The notes beneath the pieces were generated by a model. The model ran no database searches and was not told the DNA's origin. It saw only the letters and a program-made list of their open reading frames with translations. From assembly GCF_009914755.1 (NCBI RefSeq), contig NC_060947.1: DNA of 64,000 nucleotides. One strand, written 5' to 3'. The DNA comes from the human T2T-CHM13v2.0 reference genome, Homo sapiens. Below, piece after piece: positions 59,700 through 64,000 of the stretch. Every line of letters begins with the position of its first letter. Position 1 is the stretch's first letter. Both the position numbers and the translations under genes were made by a program.

Positions 59700-61370
59700 T
59701 ATACTTTTTTTTTTTTTTGACAATGCCCTGTGGCATAAATTGCTCCTCAGTATGATCCAATTAAATTCGGGCCCCTTTGCAGAAGTGGTTTTTGTTGTCA
59801 GACTCTGCGTTTTTGTGATGCCTGGATGGCTTTTCTTAGCTGTCTTTTTTTTCCCTGGTTCTATCTGGTAAACTGGTCTATAGGTTGTTCTTGTGGGGCT
59901 ACTGGCTTCTTCTTAATTACTTACCACCAAAATTTCTATTGTTTTGTGAGCACGCTTTGGTTTGAACTTTCCCACACTGTGTTCCCAATAAAGTCAGTTG
60001 CTTTGGTGAGAACTTTAGAGCTTTTTGTTTTTACAGCTCACCTCTCTCACCAGGCAAAACTAGAGCTGAGGTAGGGATCAGTGGCCTGCTTCTCTCAGAG
60101 TGACATATTTGCTTCACAAGTAGAGTGTGTCTTGCTTCTTCTAATGTGGAGAGTATCCTATGAGCTAGCTGGGGCGAGCATGATTAGTATTTTTGGTCTG
60201 TCATGCCTGGGTTAGTGCTTTCATCTTATGAGTTAAAGCTGGGTGGGGGAAGGGAGCCCCAATCCCCTCACCTTTGATTGGAATTGAGCTCTGTAACATG
60301 GAGCTGGGGAGAATAAGAAATGTTGATTGCCTACATTTCCTGGGGAGAAATTTCATCTTCTTGAGTGCACCTGCCCAGAGTGGAGCTTCTATCATTGAGC
60401 TTGAGACCCTCGCTGTGTTTTACTAAGATTTAAATTTTCTTGAATAAATGTCTCCTTATGTCTTTATGCCCTTGGGATAATTTCTGGAGACTTTAACATG
60501 GTTGTTCTAAAAATAATTTTCACCAGTTATGGTTGTTTCTCTGGGGAAAGGATCCATGGAACATTCCACATCTCTGTCTGGAAGTGATCTCTTTAACATT
60601 TTACAAAACTGCCAGATTATTTTCTAGCATGGCTGTACCATCTTACATTTGTATCAACAAGGTAGGAGAGACATATTTCTCTGCAGCCTCACCAGCATTT
60701 GGCATTGCCAATATTTTTTGTTTTAGCCATTCCAATAGGTATATGATTGCCTTTATTTTCATTTCCCTGATGATTAATGATGTTGAGCATCTTCATGTGT
60801 GCTTTTTAGCATTTATACGTCTTTTTGTGGTTTTAATTTGAATTTTCCTAATCGTGAGTGATATTGAACATCTTTTCATGTGTTTGCCAACTTTAGATCT
60901 TCTTTGATTAAATAAATATCTATTCGAGTCTTTTGTCCATTAAAAAGATTGGATTCTTTATTTTTTACTATTGAGTTTAGAAAGTTATTTATATGTTCTG
61001 GATATGAGGCTTCTGTCGGATGTGTGGTTTGCAAATATTTTCTCAATTGACTTTTGAGAAACGTGCAAAGGCAAATCAATGGAAAATGGATAGTCTTTTC
61101 AATAAATTGTGTGAAAACAAGTGGACAATTGTATGGGAAAAATGAACTATGACCTCTACCTCACACCACACACATAAAGAAATGAAATATGCAGCAATAT
61201 AATAGAGTGAACTGGAAGGAGCTGGACTTTTAGAATGGTGAAGCAAATCCTCTTTCCTTCCAATTCATTCCTTCTTATTGTTGTATGGTATTCCATTGAG
61301 TGTATATACCACGGTTTATTTCATGGTGTGTAAATAATACTCTGTTAAAACTATTTTTTAAAGGCAGGAA
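59700..61370. mobile_element. Degenerate old L1M fragments
   Basis: Weak L1M 5'-like sequence to ~60590, antisense ORF2 end at 60590-61045, sense ORF2 piece at 61045-61170. Confidence 0.5.
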
Positions 61371-61372
61371 GA

Positions 61373-61660
61373 GGCTGGGCATGGTGGTTCACACCTGTAA
61401 TCCCAGAACTTTGGGAGGCTGAGGCAGGTGGATCACTTCAGGTCAGGAGTTCGAGAACAGTCTGGCCAACATGGTGAAACCCTGCCTCTACTAAAAATAC
61501 AAAAATTAGCTGGGTGTGGTGGCAGGTGCCTGTAATCCCAGCTACTCAGGAAGCTGAGGCAGGAGAATTACTTGAACCCGGGAAGCAGAGGTTGCAGTGA
61601 ACCAAGATCATGCTCCAGTCTGGGCAACAGAGCAAGACTCCATCTCAAAAAAAAAAAAAA
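61373..61660 (+). mobile_element. AluSx-like
   Basis: Alu dimer with poly(A). Confidence 0.95.
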
Positions 61661-62474
61661 AGGTGTGAATACTGATATACACAACAGTGTGAATGAATCT
61701 CAAAAACTTTATTCTGAGTAAAGGAAGTCACACATAAAACAGTACATACTGTATAATTTCATTTATTGAAATTCTAGAAAAGCCAAACTATACATATAAT
61801 ATATAAAATGTACATTATATAATTTATCACTTGTTATGATTGACATCATTCCTTATAATAGAATTTCAATATTGGCCATTGTCCTCTGAATGCCATAACT
61901 TTGATTTCTAAGACAAGACTAAAATTATGAAGAATGAGAAGACTCAATCTCTGTCTTTCTGTTTATCTACCTCTGTCTCTGTTTGTCTCTTAACTCAATC
62001 CCTTAAATTTAGGAGACATTTTCTTCTTCATTTTTACTTTTCTCTAATTGTCAAAGAGATAAATATGCATTATAGAAAATATGGCTAGTGCAGAAAAGTA
62101 TATATAAAGAAACCATCCATCATTTCTCCACCAAGAGGCCATAAGAAATGGTAGCAACAATGGCAAAAAAGGCATTATTTTCAGTTATTAAGAAATCAAC
62201 TTTGTCCCTCCATCCCTCATTGATTGATCAGGCTTGTAATAAGAGGCTAAATTCCTTTCCACTGGGATTCCATTTGTGTGGGGGTTTTCAGAGAGAGAGA
62301 TGCTAAATGGTCATCAAAGGAATGAACTGGAATTGAGAAGGATTGTATGGCAAGTTTTAACTGCAGACTAAAGCATTTTTTTTTCATGATGTTTCCAGGG
62401 ACCAACCACACTTCATTTCACTTCTAGTCCGTTACTTGTATCCTAATGGATGTGGCCAGTCCTATTAACTCTAA

Positions 62475-62804
<330 letters not shown>

Positions 62805-64000
62805 CTATTAGGTATGATTTTAAATGGTAATAATTTGGTATTATGGATAGGGACTCAAGAATAATCACATTTTTACTTAACCTCATTACCTTTTTCATGT
62901 AAAGTTTGTTAAGAAGCCATACATACAAGGGACAAGGACAGATAGGAATTAAAATACCACTTTGTGTTTAGTGGAATTAGTGCCCACTACTCTGGCACAG
63001 GGTTCTCTGGTAAAGCTAGGTTTCAGCACATAACTTAGGCTCAGGATCCAAAAAGGGCTTCACCTTTTCCCACCAGTTTCCAATCTTATCATAGCTTACT
63101 CCTGAATTGGTAAGAACCAGTAAGTACTTGAGCAATAAAGTGAAAGTATCTGAACAATCAAGTGAAAGAAAGTAAGATGGCTGGATACCAAGGAGGTTTA
63201 GCTTAGTGTTTCCATTTCTCTGAATGACCGGAAAGCATGAAAGAGAAATCCATCTACAGTATGTGACCTTTTAACCCATAGTGACTCTCTCTAACACATT
63301 AGTAAACATGGCTCAAGGGATTCGAGCCAATCATTTGACTAGGTCTTTCTTGAGGGAAGGGAGTGGGGGTGAGGAAGCTGTGATCCTTTTCTTTCATTCT
63401 TACTTTGTGCTTTACAACCACTCAGAGAGAGGGAGTTGTACATATAGGTGGATATCCCCATAGGGGGATGGTAATAATTCTCTTATGCATGGGAGATTTC
63501 TCCAAATGAATTTTAATCAGTGCTGTATGTGGAAACTAAATTGTTTTTAAAAATTTTTTAAATGGATTTTAAGATCACAAGTTTTGGACTCAGATATCTG
63601 GGACGAACAGGCTGTCTTCCTATCTTGTTGTGGAATTTAGATATTTGTTGTGGTGGCCCCTTCAGTCCTTCAGTCCTTCCTAAGGGCCCCTTTTCCTTCA
63701 TTATCCATCTATATATTTAAAATATCTGTATTTTCATATCCCTTTGACTCTTGCATTCCTAACAATCTAATCTACCCCCTCTTGTGAGAAGGCACCACCA
63801 CATTTATAACAGGTAGTTCTCTAAGTGAAATTCATGGCTTAGCAATCTTCACAGTCTCAATCTTCAGTTCATCTCTGTATATCTGTGGCCCTGGTAAGAT
63901 CCCAAGGGATTTGTTTTATGCCACTGTGACTGCTGTTGTTGCTGTCTGCTGTAGGTTCCTTAGGCCTACAAATCCCTAAACTGAAGCTGTTGCTGATGCT

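Overview
Primate (very probably human) genomic DNA, recognisable from its dense Alu, L1, MIR, L2, MaLR and ERV repeats. The only gene feature is a CpG-island promoter with a non-coding first exon on the minus strand (exon ~12268->12066, donor CCTA|gtaagt). From memory the exon matches the 5' UTR of RLIM/RNF12 (Xq13, dose-sensitive activator of X inactivation). No coding exon is present, so this gene call is not confirmed here. Bases 1-12065 are then intron 1 and 12.3-64 kb is upstream intergenic DNA. An Alu-rich zone (to ~31 kb) gives way to a ~30 kb nested L1 block: a full-length L1PB1 inside an MLT1 LTR, and an old L1MA carrying two L1PA insertions, an HML-6 LTR3 solo LTR, a twin-primed 5'-inverted L1PA2-like element and many Alus. 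All listed ORFs are repeat-derived or chance. Most notable observations: a strong-Kozak uORF in exon 1, a YY1/REX1 motif cluster, a non-repeat 77-bp intronic duplication that copies a splice acceptor, and several unusual retrotransposition or repair scars. I see no evidence of a wholly new biological system. Repeat subfamily names and most boundaries are by eye and approximate.
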